Of a stretch of 64,000 nt of DNA, positions 62,480 to 64,000 are shown in pieces (positions within the stretch are counted from its first letter, which is position 1; each line of letters begins with the position of its first letter). Origin of the DNA: Lama guanicoe (taxonomy: Eukaryota); contig MU053487.1 of the NCBI GenBank assembly GCA_013239625.1, positions 825,058 through 889,057 on the forward strand, in the 5' to 3' direction. The notes beneath the pieces are model-generated. The model worked only from the letters and a program-made list of their open reading frames with translations. It ran no database searches and had not been told where the DNA came from. The position numbers and the translations under genes were made by a program.

Positions 62480-62840
62480 GGATCTCTCCATTCCTCTGGC
62501 AGGAGCGCTTCCTCTTGTAGAACCATTCTCCTTGTCCTGCGGAGTAAAGAAGACTGATAATTGGTCCGATGCTCTTAGGTCATCCAGTCAGATGTTATTT
62601 TTCCCAGAGTGAGGTGAGAATAGGAAACCTCTTTTGAAGCCCGTTGATGCAGCAGTGGTACTCTGACCAGCCGGTATTGACTTATGCTGCCTAAATCCTC
62701 AGAGTTGCTCTGGTTCCAGCCTTTGTCCCAGGTTAGTCCTTTAGCCATTTCTTATATCCTGTGAACCTTCACAGTCTTCAAAGACATTTATTTTTTGGCC
62801 CAAGTCAGCCAGAATTGTTCTGTTGGTGTAACCAAAGAAG
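62480..62840 (+). mobile_element. Degenerate MaLR/ERVL LTR 3' part
   Basis: Ends aagtcagccagaattgttctgttggtgtaaccaaagaa, resembling MLT1-type LTR 3' termini. Confidence 0.5.
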
Positions 62841-64000
62841 CAGGGAAGGAGATGAAATCTTGACTTGCAGTTGGTATTCTGGCTTTGGGTGGATGTCATG
62901 TTTAGGAAGGAAATGAGGGTCTTTCTTCTTCATAGTCCATGAAGGGAAAGCCGACCCTGTTGCCCACCTCCACCCCAAAGGGAATAATGTGTTTCTTCTC
63001 TCTCCTTCAGTTCATGCAACTATGCTGAGAATATTTTTCCTATGTATCCGTTTCTCCTTCTGGGCTCTCAGGACAAGAACTATGTCTTATTTTTGTTTGT
63101 GGTTCCAGGGACTAATAAGGGGCTTAGAATATCGAAGGGTATATGTGTGGCTGTGAGGTAGGATTATATTTTGAACCTGAACAGTGACACAGGAGCTGGG
63201 CCTTGTTTGGGACCCAGCCTTCACTGTGAACCCCACCTGTGTGTTTAGAATCAGTTTCCCTTTCCCTTTGACCAGTCCTGGACTTCCTAAGAAGACGTAT
63301 CTAGGTTTAACTGCCTCCGATTGGGCCATTATCGTTGGTTTCTGAAGTCCAGAGGTCTTTCACTTGCTTAGGAATTTGTATGCTTCTTGGGATCATATCC
63401 GGGATCACATTTTATTTTCTGCCCTTCCTGAGTTGATTCTGTGCTAATGTCATGATAGGCAAAAGAAACATGTTTATCTCTAACCTCTCTCGGACCTCAA
63501 AATAAAAGTTTCCAGTTAGCATTCTTTCCTTGTCAGCCCAACTCCATGATTCAAGAGCTTCACTGGCTTTGGAAAGTTTTAGAATGGAAACCGAGTGCTA
63601 ACAGTGACCCAGGGGCAAGACGTCATGAATGGGGGCCAGACAGAAAAACAGGCAAAGCAGACGGAGCCAGTGAAAGCAGTAGGGGGAGGCCACTGCTTCT
63701 GGAGAGGCAAGGGAGGACAAAATAGCCCGCTGAGATAATCTGCTCTCCTGCAACTGGAGTCAACGGCCGGTTCCAAAGAGGCGATGTGGTCTGAGAATCA
63801 GGAAATTCCATGGGGCTCGTCTTTGTTCCTGCTTTGTGAAATGCCACTGAATAAATCAAGAAATCTCACTTTGTAACTCCTTCCTCTGTAAACTCACTTC
63901 ATGGCCTAGACGTGCTCTGAAATACTACATTTAAAGCAGCCGTGTAGGATATCATAGGTCAGCTTAGTAGTGTGGAGAGATGGAATGTGACTGGCTAGAT

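Overview
Mammalian (eutherian) non-coding genomic DNA, either a gene desert or a very large intron. I can support no protein-coding exon, RNA gene or CRISPR array. The ORF track is almost all chance ORFs; the exceptions are LINE-1 ORF2 C-terminal relics at 2996-3262 and ~53500-53690. The window is dominated by ancient repeats (MIR, L2, old L1M, MLT1/MaLR, LTR16/33/41-like ERVL LTRs, MER5A, MER119) plus a few younger L1 3' ends. Those L1 ends, and the lack of any Alu, B1/B2, Bov-tA, PRE-1 or SINEC that I could see, point to a cetartiodactyl, probably a camelid (inference). The most structured items are: (i) a miniature two-LTR provirus at 1-1110 with a tRNA-Leu-type PBS, a PPT, a 40-bp internal tandem array and a gag-like relic in only ~706 bp of internal sequence; (ii) an ERVL integrase/dUTPase-region relic at ~3310-4010; (iii) an A-B-A tandem expansion at 26288-26401 that duplicates a perfect CRE; (iv) several repeat-free, CpG-retaining stretches with clustered motifs or hairpins that look like enhancers or conserved elements. 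I found no convincing novel biological system. Repeat family names come from recalled consensus sequences, and repeat boundaries are approximate.
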